NCBI GenBank assembly: GCA_038046245.1
Contig: JBBSWO010000003.1
Coordinates: 118,959 to 182,958, forward strand
Reading direction: 5' to 3'
Origin: Nanobdellota archaeon
Lineage (GTDB): Archaea; Nanobdellota; Nanobdellia; Pacearchaeales; GW2011-AR1
Length of the DNA stretch: 64,000 bases
Made by a program: the position numbers and the translations under genes. Positions 28,563-38,423 of this stretch are shown here, in pieces. Under the pieces are notes generated by a model, which saw only the letters and a list, made by a program, of their open reading frames with translations, had not been told where the DNA came from and made no database searches. Position 1 is the first letter of the stretch, and every line of letters starts with the position of its first letter.

Positions 28563-29474
28563 TTATTTTTTTATTTTCAGTGTGACTTCGTTATTGTCTT
28601 TTTTCAATTCATCAAAATTTGTTTTCACAAAAAATCTCAGTTGCTCAGTATTGAACTGGCCTATCCATATGTTCTTCAGGCTTATAACTATCCCGTGCCC
28701 TATTCCCAACGGATCGAGATTGACTTCTTTCACAAGACCGCCATCAGCATAAATCTGCACTATCGCTGCAGGAGATTCCTCAAATCCGTTGTTTCTTATG
28801 CTCATGTTTGCATCAAGATATTTGCCTTTCATTATTGCAGAGACACTCTCAAATGTTATATCAGGGTAGGAAGGGATTGAATAAAGATTATCTATAAGGT
28901 CTATGGTGTAGTTCTGTATTTCCTGATTGCAGTTGCTTATTGGATACATTATATCATCTGGATTAGTCGTATGATTGAATCCTAACGCGTGCAAAAGTTC
29001 GTGGACACCAACATTTGGATTTTTGCACTGTGATTCTCTTATCAAAAGAACTGTTCCTTTGCTTATGACATTAAATTCTCCAGCCTTTGTTATGTTAGTA
29101 GGCCCACCTTCACCAGCTATAAAGAATCCGCCTTCAATCTTAGAACGGCTATCACATGTTATTGATATTTCTTCGTTTGCAGCAACAGGGTAAAACCTTA
29201 AGACAGTTTTTTCCTGCAATAAGTTCAATGCTCTTACAGCTTCATCCCTCTTTGCTATGCTGCAGTCCCCTATATTATAAGAAATGGCTGATTCAGGATA
29301 TCTCATGTTCTCATAAAACTGCAGATCTTTTATCTGCCCCAGCTGGAAAGATTTACTAGAAGATTCTGATTGCGGGGTAAACTCCGTGCTTGACAAAGGA
29401 AAAAACCAATAAAAAAATAATAAAAAAAAAGTAAGTATCACAAAAATCAGGCCAAAAGTGATTTTCCATCCCAT
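28563..29474 (-). CDS. Membrane-anchored matrixin (M10 metzincin) metalloprotease with CARDB-like domain
   Basis: HELLHALGFNH zinc motif, Met-turn DIMYP, C-terminal IRNNG...DELKKDNN. Confidence 0.9.
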   Translation of the reverse strand: MGWKITFGLIFVILTFFLLFFYWFFPLSSTEFTPQSESSSKSFQLGQIKDLQFYENMRYPESAISYNIGDCSIAKRDEAVRALNLLQEKTVLRFYPVAANEEISITCDSRSKIEGGFFIAGEGGPTNITKAGEFNVISKGTVLLIRESQCKNPNVGVHELLHALGFNHTTNPDDIMYPISNCNQEIQNYTIDLIDNLYSIPSYPDITFESVSAIMKGKYLDANMSIRNNGFEESPAAIVQIYADGGLVKEVNLDPLGIGHGIVISLKNIWIGQFNTEQLRFFVKTNFDELKKDNNEVTLKIKK

Positions 29475-29531
29475 AAGAACAAAAAAACACCCGATTATAT
29501 AAACTTAATGAAATAAAAAAATAAAAACAAA

Positions 29532-29672
29532 TTAATATTCTTCGTCTTCTGCTACAGGCTCTTTTCCTTCTTCCTCATCTTCGTCATCTTCTAAGTCATC
29601 AAGGTCATCTTCTTCATCAGAAGAGTCTTCGTCTTCTTCTATTTCCGGTTTCTTTTTCATTTTTTGTCCCAT
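29532..29672 (-). CDS. 46-aa extremely acidic small protein (below ORF-track cutoff)
   Basis: MGQKMKKKPEIEEDEDSSDEEDDLDDLEDDEDEEEGKEPVAEDEEY*; TTTTAAAAG upstream. Confidence 0.65.
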   Translation of the reverse strand: MGQKMKKKPEIEEDEDSSDEEDDLDDLEDDEDEEEGKEPVAEDEEY

Positions 29673-29769
29673 TTTATTTAGGTAAAAATACAAGGTTTAT
29701 TCCTCTTTTAAAACTTTTCGGTCGGAGTTTACCACTGGAATATGCAGGATAAAGTTTTTATACTCTTTT

Positions 29770-30720
29770 TTATTCAACCAAATTTTCTTTTTTTATGAAC
29801 TCAAAAGCCGAATAAGCGGCAGTGCATCCATCTGCAACTCCTGTAATAAGCTGCTTGAAATGTTTGTCAGTCACATCTCCCGCAGCAAAAATTCCCAGGA
29901 CATTTGTTTCTGAAGTTGCATGATTTATCACAATCTCTTTTTTACTGTTAAGTTTGACTCCCGACTTGTCTGCTAATTCTGAAAGGACCTCATGACCTAT
30001 TGCAACAAAGACCCCTTCTAGTTCAATTTTGTTTTTTCCGTTCAAGAGCTTGTCCAAAATGACTTCACCAACTCCAGAATCATTACCTTTTATCTCAGTT
30101 ATATTTGTTTTAGTAACCACTTCTATTTTCTTGTTCGCTTTGATCTTCTGGAGATTTATCGGTTCGGGCTTTATGTTTTCTCCTCTGTATATTATGTAGA
30201 CTTTTTTCGCATGTTCAGCAAGTATTAGTGCATCTTTCGCAGCACTGTCTCCTCCTCCAACAACAGCGACAATCTTTCCCTTGTAAAGAGGCCCGTCGCA
30301 TAAAGCACAATAATTGACTCCTCTGCCTTCAAATTCTTTTGCCCCTTTAACATCAAGCTTTTTCCATTTCGTCCCGGTTGCAAACAAGATTGTTCTAGAA
30401 CTATATTCAGATTTACCTGTCTTCAAAATGAAAAGATTTCCTTTTTTCCTTACTTCTATAACTTTTTCATTTTTTATACTAACTTCCTTATACTCTTTGG
30501 CATGCTCTTCTATTTTTTTGGCAAGGTCAAACCCTGAAATGCTCTTGAACCCAGGATAGTTTTCAACAAGATTTGTAGTAGTGATGACGCCACCTACAGC
30601 CGCCTCCGAACCATGAGTGCTTCCAAAAACAATTGTCTTTAGGCCAAGTCTTGCGCCGTACATCGCTGCGGCTAGCCCAGTTCCCCCTGCCCCAATTATT
30701 GCAAAATCATATGATTCCAT
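29770..30720 (-). CDS. trxB: Thioredoxin reductase
   Basis: GAGGTG FAD motif, CALCDG, GGGDSA, GIFAAGDVT. Confidence 0.95.
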   Translation of the reverse strand: MESYDFAIIGAGGTGLAAAMYGARLGLKTIVFGSTHGSEAAVGGVITTTNLVENYPGFKSISGFDLAKKIEEHAKEYKEVSIKNEKVIEVRKKGNLFILKTGKSEYSSRTILFATGTKWKKLDVKGAKEFEGRGVNYCALCDGPLYKGKIVAVVGGGDSAAKDALILAEHAKKVYIIYRGENIKPEPINLQKIKANKKIEVVTKTNITEIKGNDSGVGEVILDKLLNGKNKIELEGVFVAIGHEVLSELADKSGVKLNSKKEIVINHATSETNVLGIFAAGDVTDKHFKQLITGVADGCTAAYSAFEFIKKENLVE

Positions 30721-30764
30721 TTGTTATACACAAAGTCAATGTTTGATTAAATACTTTTCCCAAA

Positions 30765-31220
30765 CTACAGCTCTTTTCCCGTCTTCGTATAAAGCAGATA
30801 ACGGTAAATGTTCATGAATGTTACAAAAAGACAGAAAGCTATAAGCTGTGAAAAAACAACAGAAGTGAAAACCCTATGGTCCAGCCTTATGAAATGTCTT
30901 GATAAAAAGAATATTGTAGGATAATAAAACAGAACAGAGACTAGAAAGGCTACTGGAGTGAAATAAAGTACATCATTGGCAAAATTTTTCACTGAATATC
31001 TTCTTGTCTTGTTTTTGTCGTATACTCTTGTCACAATCCAGAGAACAGCAGAGCCGAAAATTCCTCCAAGAACAGCGGAAGCAGATATTGTGCTCACGTT
31101 ATGGGAAAACCTAGACACTAAAAAAGCGAACAAAGGGGTCCCAAGAGTCGCCCCTACCTCTGCGAAAAAAAGTTCTTTATTGAAGTCTATAAACGATCTG
31201 TCCTGAAAAATGCCTGCCAT
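30765..31220 (-). CDS. Four-TM membrane protein (GtrA-like topology)
   Basis: Four hydrophobic helices. Confidence 0.65.
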   Translation of the reverse strand: MAGIFQDRSFIDFNKELFFAEVGATLGTPLFAFLVSRFSHNVSTISASAVLGGIFGSAVLWIVTRVYDKNKTRRYSVKNFANDVLYFTPVAFLVSVLFYYPTIFFLSRHFIRLDHRVFTSVVFSQLIAFCLFVTFMNIYRYLLYTKTGKEL

Positions 31221-31273
31221 AATGTTAAAACGAAAAATGCATATATAACCTTTATTATTTAATTTACAAAAAA

Positions 31274-31546
31274 TTATTCAATGCCGTAAGCCTCAGAGAA
31301 TATCTTTATTTTGTTATACTCTTCCAAGAATGCCGTCCCCTTAGGAGTTATATTGTAAATTTTTTTCCCGCTTTCCTTGTTCTCGGTTATCAATTGATTT
31401 TTTGTGAGATTCTCTATGTAACTCTTTATGCTGTTGTTCGAAAGATTCGCTTTGTAAATTAAATGTGTGATCTTAGCTTTTTTCCCTGACTTTAGAATTT
31501 CCAACAAATCTTTTGTTACTTCCAGCTTTGTCCTTTTTTTTGCCAT
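31274..31546 (-). CDS. Winged-HTH transcription regulator
   Basis: KRTKLEV...KITHLIYKANLS...YNITPKG. Confidence 0.88.
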   Translation of the reverse strand: MAKKRTKLEVTKDLLEILKSGKKAKITHLIYKANLSNNSIKSYIENLTKNQLITENKESGKKIYNITPKGTAFLEEYNKIKIFSEAYGIE

Positions 31547-32213
31547 TTTTTATTGTTAGATGGGTTATTAAGATTATAGAAAATCCGACAAGCAACAATA
31601 ATTCATCAGCCAAATACATTAGCGGAGTGATGTCATCAAATAACCCAACGAAATTGCTTATGAGTATGAGTATGAATGCTATGAGTATTTTAAGACTGTT
31701 GGAGCTTTTTGTTTCTCTATAATTGTGATAAAAGTGTGAAAGTAAAAACAAGATGATTATGAAAAGAGCGAGATGGAATACGGAATAGAAATAAATGCTG
31801 AAGACTATTGTAAACACGGACAAATACAAAAATCCGACCATGCCTTCTTTGCTTTCTATCCTTGAAGTTGCCAGCAGCAATGTCAAAAATCCCAATATTA
31901 AGAGAGAACAGTAAGTCGTAAAAACCACAAAATAAAAGACCTGCATCCTTGCAAGCTGTTCAGCAATAAACGCAAAAAAGTGCGTCTGCCTTATTACTGC
32001 ATAATAATAGGAGGTAAGATTCGTCAGAATCTTGAATATGAAAGCAACTCCGATAGTGAGAAATGCCCAAGAAAAGATTCTATAATTTTTTTCTTTAGTG
32101 ATTGAATATATCCTGCTGCTTTGGGTGGCAACTAAAAAGCATGTCAGCACAATGAGCAAATCAATAAGAGAATCAGCCCCGTAGAAGTTACCGAGAGAGA
32201 TGTTAAATGGCAT
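31473..32213 (-). CDS. Seven-TM membrane protein
   Basis: About 7 TM helices; start moved to MPFNISLG, which has TTATAAAG about 22 nt upstream. Confidence 0.75.
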   Translation of the reverse strand: MPFNISLGNFYGADSLIDLLIVLTCFLVATQSSRIYSITKEKNYRIFSWAFLTIGVAFIFKILTNLTSYYYAVIRQTHFFAFIAEQLARMQVFYFVVFTTYCSLLILGFLTLLLATSRIESKEGMVGFLYLSVFTIVFSIYFYSVFHLALFIIILFLLSHFYHNYRETKSSNSLKILIAFILILISNFVGLFDDITPLMYLADELLLLVGFSIILITHLTIKNGKKKDKAGSNKRFVGNSKVREKS

Positions 32214-32322
32214 GCAAAAAAAACACGTTTTTTCTTTATAAGCCTTATGAATTTCTCTTCTGAACCGCCAATACCGATCTTCCCTTCGTGTTTGATTTAA
32301 AAAGGAAAAACTTGAATCTGAC

Positions 32323-32487
32323 ATGACAAAAAAACTGATTGAACCGGAAGAGGTTCGACTTCTCAGAGAAGAATTCCTTAGTCAGGAAGAGCTTTTTTTA
32401 TTGAAGTTTATGAACAGCTTCGACAGAAAGGCGCACAAAGAATGGGCTGAAAAAGGACTCTGGGAATCTGCAACCGCAGCTTACTAA
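32323..32487 (+). CDS. 54-aa small protein (below ORF-track cutoff)
   Basis: MTKKLIEPEEVRLLREEFLSQEELFLLKFMNSFDRKAHKEWAEKGLWESATAAY*; TTTAAAAA about 20 nt upstream and T-rich terminator after. Confidence 0.65.
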   Translation: MTKKLIEPEEVRLLREEFLSQEELFLLKFMNSFDRKAHKEWAEKGLWESATAAY

Positions 32488-32513
32488 TCTTTCTTTTTAT
32501 TTTTTATTTTATC

Positions 32514-33860
32514 TTACCAACTTTTTCTTCTTGAATCTCTACCGCCGCTGGATCTTCCAAATCTATTTCCCCCGCCACTCCTGCCTTCAGAATATCTGCT
32601 GCCTTGAGAAGAACGTCCTCTTTGCGGACCTCTGTTATCTCGACTACCAAATCTGCTCCCAGAAGATCTGCCGCCGAAATTTCCTCTGCCTCCAAAAGAA
32701 TTTCCTCCTCTGAAACTTCGTTCTTTAGAAACCGCGAAATCAACTCTTAAAGGTTCAAGCTCTGGCAATGGTTCGTTTTTTATTTCCATCTCTTCATTAT
32801 TTATAACACTCCTGAAATTCTCGTAATCATAAGGTGAAACAAGACTTACTGCAATCCCTTCTTTTCCTGCTCTTGCTGTCCTTCCAATTCTGTGAATGTA
32901 GTCTTTACTCGTTTTTGGAGAATCGTAATTGTAAACGTGGGAAATATCTTTTATATCCAAACCTCTTGCGGCAACATCTGTGCAGATTAGTATCAAAGCT
33001 TCTTTAGAATGAAAAGATTGCATTATCGCATTTCTTTTATTCTGAGGCAAGCCGCCATGTATCGAAAGAGCGTGGAGATCATATCTTTTAAGATTCGAGG
33101 CAACCATATCAGTGTTTCTTCTTGTATTGCAAAAAACCATTACAAATCCTGACCTTTCTTTTTTCAGTAAATAAACAAGCAATGAGAATTTCAAATTCTG
33201 CGGGACATCATAATACACCTGTTTCAGTTTTGAAGAATCAACATAATTCTCAACCTCAACATAGACAGGATTTTTCAGGTACCTCTTTGCAAGGAACTCT
33301 ATGTCTTTTGATATTGTCGCAGAAAACAGCAAAGTTTGTCTTTGCTTTGGGCATTCATTGATTATTCTTTGAACATCCTCTATGAACCCCATCTCAAGCA
33401 TCTTGTCAGCTTCGTCCAAAATTAAAAATTTTACCTTGTCCAGGTGCAGTGTCCTCCTGCCCAAATGATCCAAAATTCTTCCAGGAGTTCCTACAACTAT
33501 CTCTGCTCTCCTCAAAGCCTGAACTTGTGGCCCCATCGAAACACCGCCATAAATTTCGTTTATGTTTAGCCCATAATATCTTGATAAAACTTTCAGATGC
33601 TGTGCGACCTGTTCTGCCAATTCCCTTGTAGGAGTTAGAATAAGTGCCTGAATCCCTTCATTTTTCTTTATTCTCTCTATTATCCCTGCACCAAAAGCAA
33701 GCGTCTTTCCCGAGCCTGTTGAAGAGCTTCCAATTAGATCCTTTCCTTCAAGTATAAGGGGTATTGCTTTCTTCTGTATCTCGCTCGGCTCATGAAAGCC
33801 AACATCATGTAATGCTTTCAAAATATCTTCGCTTAATTTTAACTGTCTGAATTTTTCCAT
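32514..33860 (-). CDS. DEAD-box RNA helicase with RG-rich tail
   Basis: TGSGKT, PTRELA, TPGR, LDEAD, SAT, ARGLD, HRIGRTAR. Confidence 0.97.
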   Translation of the reverse strand: MEKFRQLKLSEDILKALHDVGFHEPSEIQKKAIPLILEGKDLIGSSSTGSGKTLAFGAGIIERIKKNEGIQALILTPTRELAEQVAQHLKVLSRYYGLNINEIYGGVSMGPQVQALRRAEIVVGTPGRILDHLGRRTLHLDKVKFLILDEADKMLEMGFIEDVQRIINECPKQRQTLLFSATISKDIEFLAKRYLKNPVYVEVENYVDSSKLKQVYYDVPQNLKFSLLVYLLKKERSGFVMVFCNTRRNTDMVASNLKRYDLHALSIHGGLPQNKRNAIMQSFHSKEALILICTDVAARGLDIKDISHVYNYDSPKTSKDYIHRIGRTARAGKEGIAVSLVSPYDYENFRSVINNEEMEIKNEPLPELEPLRVDFAVSKERSFRGGNSFGGRGNFGGRSSGSRFGSRDNRGPQRGRSSQGSRYSEGRSGGGNRFGRSSGGRDSRRKSW

Positions 33861-33984
33861 GTTAATCTATATGAAAAGAAAATTATGAGGGTATTTAAAG
33901 TATGACGTTTCCATGCTTTCCAAAATAACTTCGTGTTTCTGAGAAGTATAATTAAATTTTATAAAATATTTTAAACCAAATCCC

Positions 33985-34275
33985 TTAAGCAGCGGTCTTT
34001 GAGGCTTTTGTAGCACCAGGATAACATCCGTTCACACATTCATTAAAATAACCCCAGCAATCACATTTAATCTCTTTTCCAGATTCGTCATAACAAGTAA
34101 TGCTTGGGCAATGTTCAGATATATCATAGCATCCAGAAAGACATGACGCAGCAACATTTCCCGAAAGGACTGGCTTGCCAAAAATCAAAAAGATAATCCA
34201 AAGAATTCCAGCAACAATGACTATAATTGCGGCTATTTTGTATATTAAATCCCAATTAACCTTCTTTTTAGCCAT
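33985..34275 (-). CDS. Small membrane-anchored Cys-rich protein
   Basis: TM helix, LSGNVA, then eight Cys. Confidence 0.7.
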   Translation of the reverse strand: MAKKKVNWDLIYKIAAIIVIVAGILWIIFLIFGKPVLSGNVAASCLSGCYDISEHCPSITCYDESGKEIKCDCWGYFNECVNGCYPGATKASKTAA

Positions 34276-34315
34276 GATATACAATATGAATTAATGTTTA
34301 TAAAATGTTTGAATT

Positions 34316-34477
34316 TTATATCTGCCCTGTCTGTGTAAACTTCTTCATTGCCTGTTCAAGAATGACTTGCGGTGCAAATCCCTTTCTGCTGCAGGCTTTG
34401 ACAAAATCGTCATAAACAGCTTGATCAACATTATAATCCAACTTTCTTTTCTTTGCTCCAGGTGGTGTTGCTGCCAT
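34316..34477 (-). CDS. 53-aa ribbon-helix-helix-like DNA-binding protein (below ORF-track cutoff)
   Basis: MAATPPGAKKRKLDYNVDQAVYDDFVKACSRKGFAPQVILEQAMKKFTQTGQI*; alternating strand then two helices; TTTATAAA upstream. Confidence 0.7.
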   Translation of the reverse strand: MAATPPGAKKRKLDYNVDQAVYDDFVKACSRKGFAPQVILEQAMKKFTQTGQI

Positions 34478-34553
34478 AAGCTATAGAAATATTTTTGGTT
34501 TATAAATTTTGGGTAAAAATATTAATATCAAAAAAATAAAGTTTAGAAAAAAT

Positions 34554-34994
34554 TTATTCTTGGACAACTAAAGTGCCGGTCATTTCTCTGTGCCCGCCAC
34601 CGCAAAATGTTGGACAATGGAACGTAAACGTCCCTGCTTTGTCTGCTATAAACTCAACCCCATCAACACCTGTGACATTATAATCTGGTATTGCAATTCC
34701 ATGAGTTGTGTCTATGTTGTTCATCACTATTTTGACCCGGTCGCCTTTCTTTACAGTGATAGTGCTTGGGGTATATTCAAATCTTTGAGCGTCAAGAGTT
34801 ATAACTTTATTTTGAGCACTATTCCCAGCAGTTACGGTATTTGAGTCAGTCGCAGCATTGCTGCTTCCCCCATTCGTATTTGTTCCAGGCAGATCAGATG
34901 AACTGCTTGAATTGCTCGGTTTATTGAAAACCAAAAACCCAACTACGGCAATGACAACAATTGCGATCAAAACAACCGTAATTCTTTTGTTCAT
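34554..34994 (-). CDS. Membrane-anchored cupredoxin with CuA-type ligands
   Basis: THG...CPTFCGGGHREM, as in COX2/NosZ CuA domains; GGAGG SD. Confidence 0.88.
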   Translation of the reverse strand: MNKRITVVLIAIVVIAVVGFLVFNKPSNSSSSSDLPGTNTNGGSSNAATDSNTVTAGNSAQNKVITLDAQRFEYTPSTITVKKGDRVKIVMNNIDTTHGIAIPDYNVTGVDGVEFIADKAGTFTFHCPTFCGGGHREMTGTLVVQE

Positions 34995-35096
34995 TTATGT
35001 TTTACCTCCTTATATTAGATGAATATGGAATCTAAGACTCCATTGTTCTGTTTTAAACCTGATTTCAATTTAAAAGCTTTATGAATTTTGAAAATT

Positions 35097-35423
35097 TTAT
35101 AATAACTTCAGCGTAATAAGAAATAGGAAAGCAACAATCGTTAAAGCCATAAGAATTCCTAGAGTGTAAATAATCAAATACAAAGCTTCTCTTTTCTTGC
35201 CGTCAAGATACCACATGACTGGCCTTCCAAAAACCAAAAATCCTGTGAGTGCTGCCGAGAAAACAAAAAGCATAAGCATCGAGATTGGAATGAAAACGGA
35301 ATCATTTGCTGTGCCAAAAGAACCTTTCCCTCCAAGATACATCAAAGTTGCAATGGTGGCAACATAAACAGAAGTCGCAAATGCATTGATTATTGCGTGT
35401 TTGAATATGTTTGACCTTTCCAT
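35097..35423 (-). CDS. Three-TM membrane protein
   Basis: Three hydrophobic helices; FGRPVMWYLDGKKREA. Confidence 0.75.
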   Translation of the reverse strand: MERSNIFKHAIINAFATSVYVATIATLMYLGGKGSFGTANDSVFIPISMLMLFVFSAALTGFLVFGRPVMWYLDGKKREALYLIIYTLGILMALTIVAFLFLITLKLL

Positions 35424-35507
35424 TTTCCTACAATAAATTTTGGCTTAAAAACATTTAGGGAGTTAAGATATATTCCAATTATTAATACACACATTAAAAA
35501 AATTTAG

Positions 35508-35696
35508 TTAAGCCTTTTTGATTGTATGAGATATCACTGAAATTATGAATAGTATCACAAAGAATATTGCTAACCATTTTGCTATTGTGTACGAAACCCC
35601 TGAAATTAATCCAAATCCGAGTATTCCAGAAACTATAGCTATTACTAAAAATAATATTGCCCAAACCAACCAGCCTCCAACGCCTTTTTTGTTCAT
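35508..35696 (-). CDS. DUF1328-like small membrane protein
   Basis: WAILFLVIAIVSGILGFG...IAKWL. Confidence 0.8.
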   Translation of the reverse strand: MNKKGVGGWLVWAILFLVIAIVSGILGFGLISGVSYTIAKWLAIFFVILFIISVISHTIKKA

Positions 35697-35751
35697 TTTT
35701 TCTCCGTAATTCTAAGGTGATTGGAGTATATATGTCTTTTTTGAACCAGAT

Positions 35752-36027
35752 TTACTTTTCAAACTTGCTTAGCTTCTGCATGCTTGAAAAAGGGAAAGGC
35801 CTCTTATTTGTTCCAAAAGTCAAATACCTTATGTATTTGTAAGTTTCAGTATTCCAATGTTCAGAAAACTCTGCCAGCCCTTTATTTCTCTTTCCAGAAA
35901 ATACAACGATGAACCAATTTATGATTGCAAGAGCAAAAATAAGATATCTCCAAACGGCCAGTATAATTCCTGAAATAATTGCAACTATTATTCTGAACCA
36001 TGCCTCTTTTCTTTCACTCATTGCCAT
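35752..36027 (-). CDS. DUF4389-like membrane protein
   Basis: NWFIVVFSGKRNKGL...YLTFGTNKRPFPF. Confidence 0.8.
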   Translation of the reverse strand: MAMSERKEAWFRIIVAIISGIILAVWRYLIFALAIINWFIVVFSGKRNKGLAEFSEHWNTETYKYIRYLTFGTNKRPFPFSSMQKLSKFEK

Positions 36028-36104
36028 AAGAAACTAAGGATAAACTTACTTTTAAACATTATGCAATTAGGTAATCTTTTAAATCCGAATTACTTGATTA
36101 AATA

Positions 36105-36581
36105 ATGGAAGAAAAAGAGGGAGGCATAGCTAAAGAAATAAAGACTATGAAGTGGAAACAGCCCGACAGAATAATTGTTGCTTTGGTTTTAGGCTATGTT
36201 TTTTCGTGGTATCTCTTTAATGATATGTTCAACCTTATGTCAATAGACGGCATTAGAACAGCCGGGAATTTTTTTAATGGCCTGAATATTCCTGCAGCCA
36301 TTCCATTAGCATTCAGTTTCGTGATTATGATTTCCATTCTGTTGACATTCATAATAAGAAGCACAGATCAATCGGATCATAAAATCCTGAACACTGCAAT
36401 AGGAATATGGATTTACTTCGGAACTTTCTTGATGATGATATCTCTTACTTTGATGTTGGAAGGATTCGGCCCAACATACAAGGTTACTTGGATGCTCGGA
36501 ATGACAAGAAACGCGATTTATCATCTGGGGGTATTTCTGTTCCAGATTCCCGGAATAGTTTACTTTGCGTTGTTTAAGTGA
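36105..36581 (+). CDS. Four-TM membrane protein
   Basis: Hydrophobic helices; TATA upstream. Confidence 0.7.
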   Translation: MEEKEGGIAKEIKTMKWKQPDRIIVALVLGYVFSWYLFNDMFNLMSIDGIRTAGNFFNGLNIPAAIPLAFSFVIMISILLTFIIRSTDQSDHKILNTAIGIWIYFGTFLMMISLTLMLEGFGPTYKVTWMLGMTRNAIYHLGVFLFQIPGIVYFALFK

Positions 36582-36588
36582 TGATACA

Positions 36589-37182
36589 TTAGGATTTTTT
36601 AACTTCTAAAATAGATGCTAGCCCTGAAAGTATCAAACTAAAAAGTTGTAAGATAGTGCTCCCAATAATGATATTAGATTTTGCATGCTCTTTTGAGGAA
36701 ATAAAATTTATATCATTTTGAACAGAATCATGCGCTTTGATTACAGAACCATTTCCTTCTGCTACCCTTTCATTCCAACTCATTAATCTCCATCTATCTA
36801 TAAATTCTAAAGGAGGTGGCTCTTCATTTGCAATCATGTACAGAGTTCCCAATGCTGCAACTTGATCATTTTCCTGTCTAGCTTGAAAATCTTTTATATA
36901 ATTTGAGTTTGAATTTATCTCCTTTAACAAGAATTCTGATTCTTTTGAATCATGAGCCCCCAATATATAAAGTTCGTAGTCATTCCTCTCTCTTAGCTTT
37001 TGATTAAGAATATTTTGTTTTAGATTTATTTCTTTATCAAGAGATGAAACCCACATACTTAACATTATAACTGAGGTTAGTATAAACATAGTTGCCAATA
37101 GGTATAAGATTATGACAGTTTTTTTAGAATCCATAATTTCTTTAAAATGTTCTTTTTTTGGTAAAAAGTGCTTTATACTCAT
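36589..37182 (-). CDS. Hypothetical two-TM protein (AT-rich)
   Basis: TM, helical loop, TM. Confidence 0.65.
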   Translation of the reverse strand: MSIKHFLPKKEHFKEIMDSKKTVIILYLLATMFILTSVIMLSMWVSSLDKEINLKQNILNQKLRERNDYELYILGAHDSKESEFLLKEINSNSNYIKDFQARQENDQVAALGTLYMIANEEPPPLEFIDRWRLMSWNERVAEGNGSVIKAHDSVQNDINFISSKEHAKSNIIIGSTILQLFSLILSGLASILEVKKS

Positions 37183-37231
37183 ACAAAAACCAAGAACAAC
37201 AACTATTTAAGAATAATGAGTGAGAGGAGTT

Positions 37232-38410
37232 TTATAGTCTCCCAACACATTCTTCATTTTCTGGATTAAAACTAACAATAAAATCATTTTTGCTCCATGA
37301 ATCTTGGCTTATCTTTATGCATTCATCATCTTTTTCAGAATCATATCTATAATCTGGAAAAATATAGCAATCTGTTCTGTCCTGATTACATAAAGCATAA
37401 ACTTTTGTCTCTGCATGAGCAAATTCTTTAAAAAAGATTTCTTGCCCTAAAGGGTTTGTAAATTTAACATTATAAAAATCTGCGGAAAAATTTCCACCAT
37501 TTCCATCTGGCAAAACAAAAAAATTAGTTAATCCCAGCTCTAAAGCTAAATCTCTTAACTCAGGATTTAATTGATTGTATATTATATTATTGTTTCCTAC
37601 AACCTGTATATTATTGTTTCCCTCAATTGTTTGGTTACTGTCTTGAGAACCAAGAATAAATGCAAGAATTAATCCTCCCACAACTAAGACAAACAATGGA
37701 GCAATTACATATTTCATTAAAGGATTCCAAGTTAAATTTATTTTTTTGTCAAATTCCTTTAAAATAAAATTATGTGTTTTTCTCATGTAATCTTCATACT
37801 CACCCCTCTTTTTTTTATCTATATTTAAATTTCCCTTAATTGTGTCATTTATCTCTTTTTTCTTTAAAGCCATTCCAAGTTTGTTTAATAATGACGAAGA
37901 AGGGTTATCCCTTTCAAGACAATCTCTTACAAAAGAAAGATTATAAAATGCGTACCATACAGAGACCTCTCTTTTATTCTCAAGAATATTTTTTTCTTCA
38001 AAATATATTTTTGTCAGGTCCTTTATTTTGTTATCATAAGACTCGTTAAGGATGTTTAAAATTTCTTCCAAGTTATAAAACAAACTTTCTACTAGTGGAG
38101 CAGTACTTTCATTTTTACCAGAGATATAACCTTCAAATTCCACCATTAACTTTTTAATTCTTTCATCTTTAATATCTCTTTTTTCCAATTCTTTTTTCAA
38201 TTTTAATAATGTTTTTCTCAATTCATTCGAGACAAGATCATAATCCTCACAATCTTTTTTGTGTAGTATATCAATTTCTAATTTAATTTTTGAGAATTTT
38301 TTATGAGTGATAGCATAATTTAAATATTTTTTTATCTCTAAATAAAAATTTTCATCTTTAGAATTAAGAACATCTTTGTAAAGGTTTTCTAGTTCTTTTG
38401 GAAAATCCAT
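37232..38410 (-). CDS. Hypothetical single-pass membrane protein (very AT-rich)
   Basis: Lys/Glu-rich N-terminal domain, TM, GNNNIQVVGNNN linker, Cys-containing C-terminus; starts 13 nt after tRNA-Asp. Confidence 0.7.
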   Translation of the reverse strand: MDFPKELENLYKDVLNSKDENFYLEIKKYLNYAITHKKFSKIKLEIDILHKKDCEDYDLVSNELRKTLLKLKKELEKRDIKDERIKKLMVEFEGYISGKNESTAPLVESLFYNLEEILNILNESYDNKIKDLTKIYFEEKNILENKREVSVWYAFYNLSFVRDCLERDNPSSSLLNKLGMALKKKEINDTIKGNLNIDKKKRGEYEDYMRKTHNFILKEFDKKINLTWNPLMKYVIAPLFVLVVGGLILAFILGSQDSNQTIEGNNNIQVVGNNNIIYNQLNPELRDLALELGLTNFFVLPDGNGGNFSADFYNVKFTNPLGQEIFFKEFAHAETKVYALCNQDRTDCYIFPDYRYDSEKDDECIKISQDSWSKNDFIVSFNPENEECVGRL

Positions 38411-38423
38411 TTTAAATCAATTA

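Noticed and set aside
32352..32360. GGTTCGACT T-loop-like word
   Set aside because: No cloverleaf around it; it lies inside a plausible small ORF
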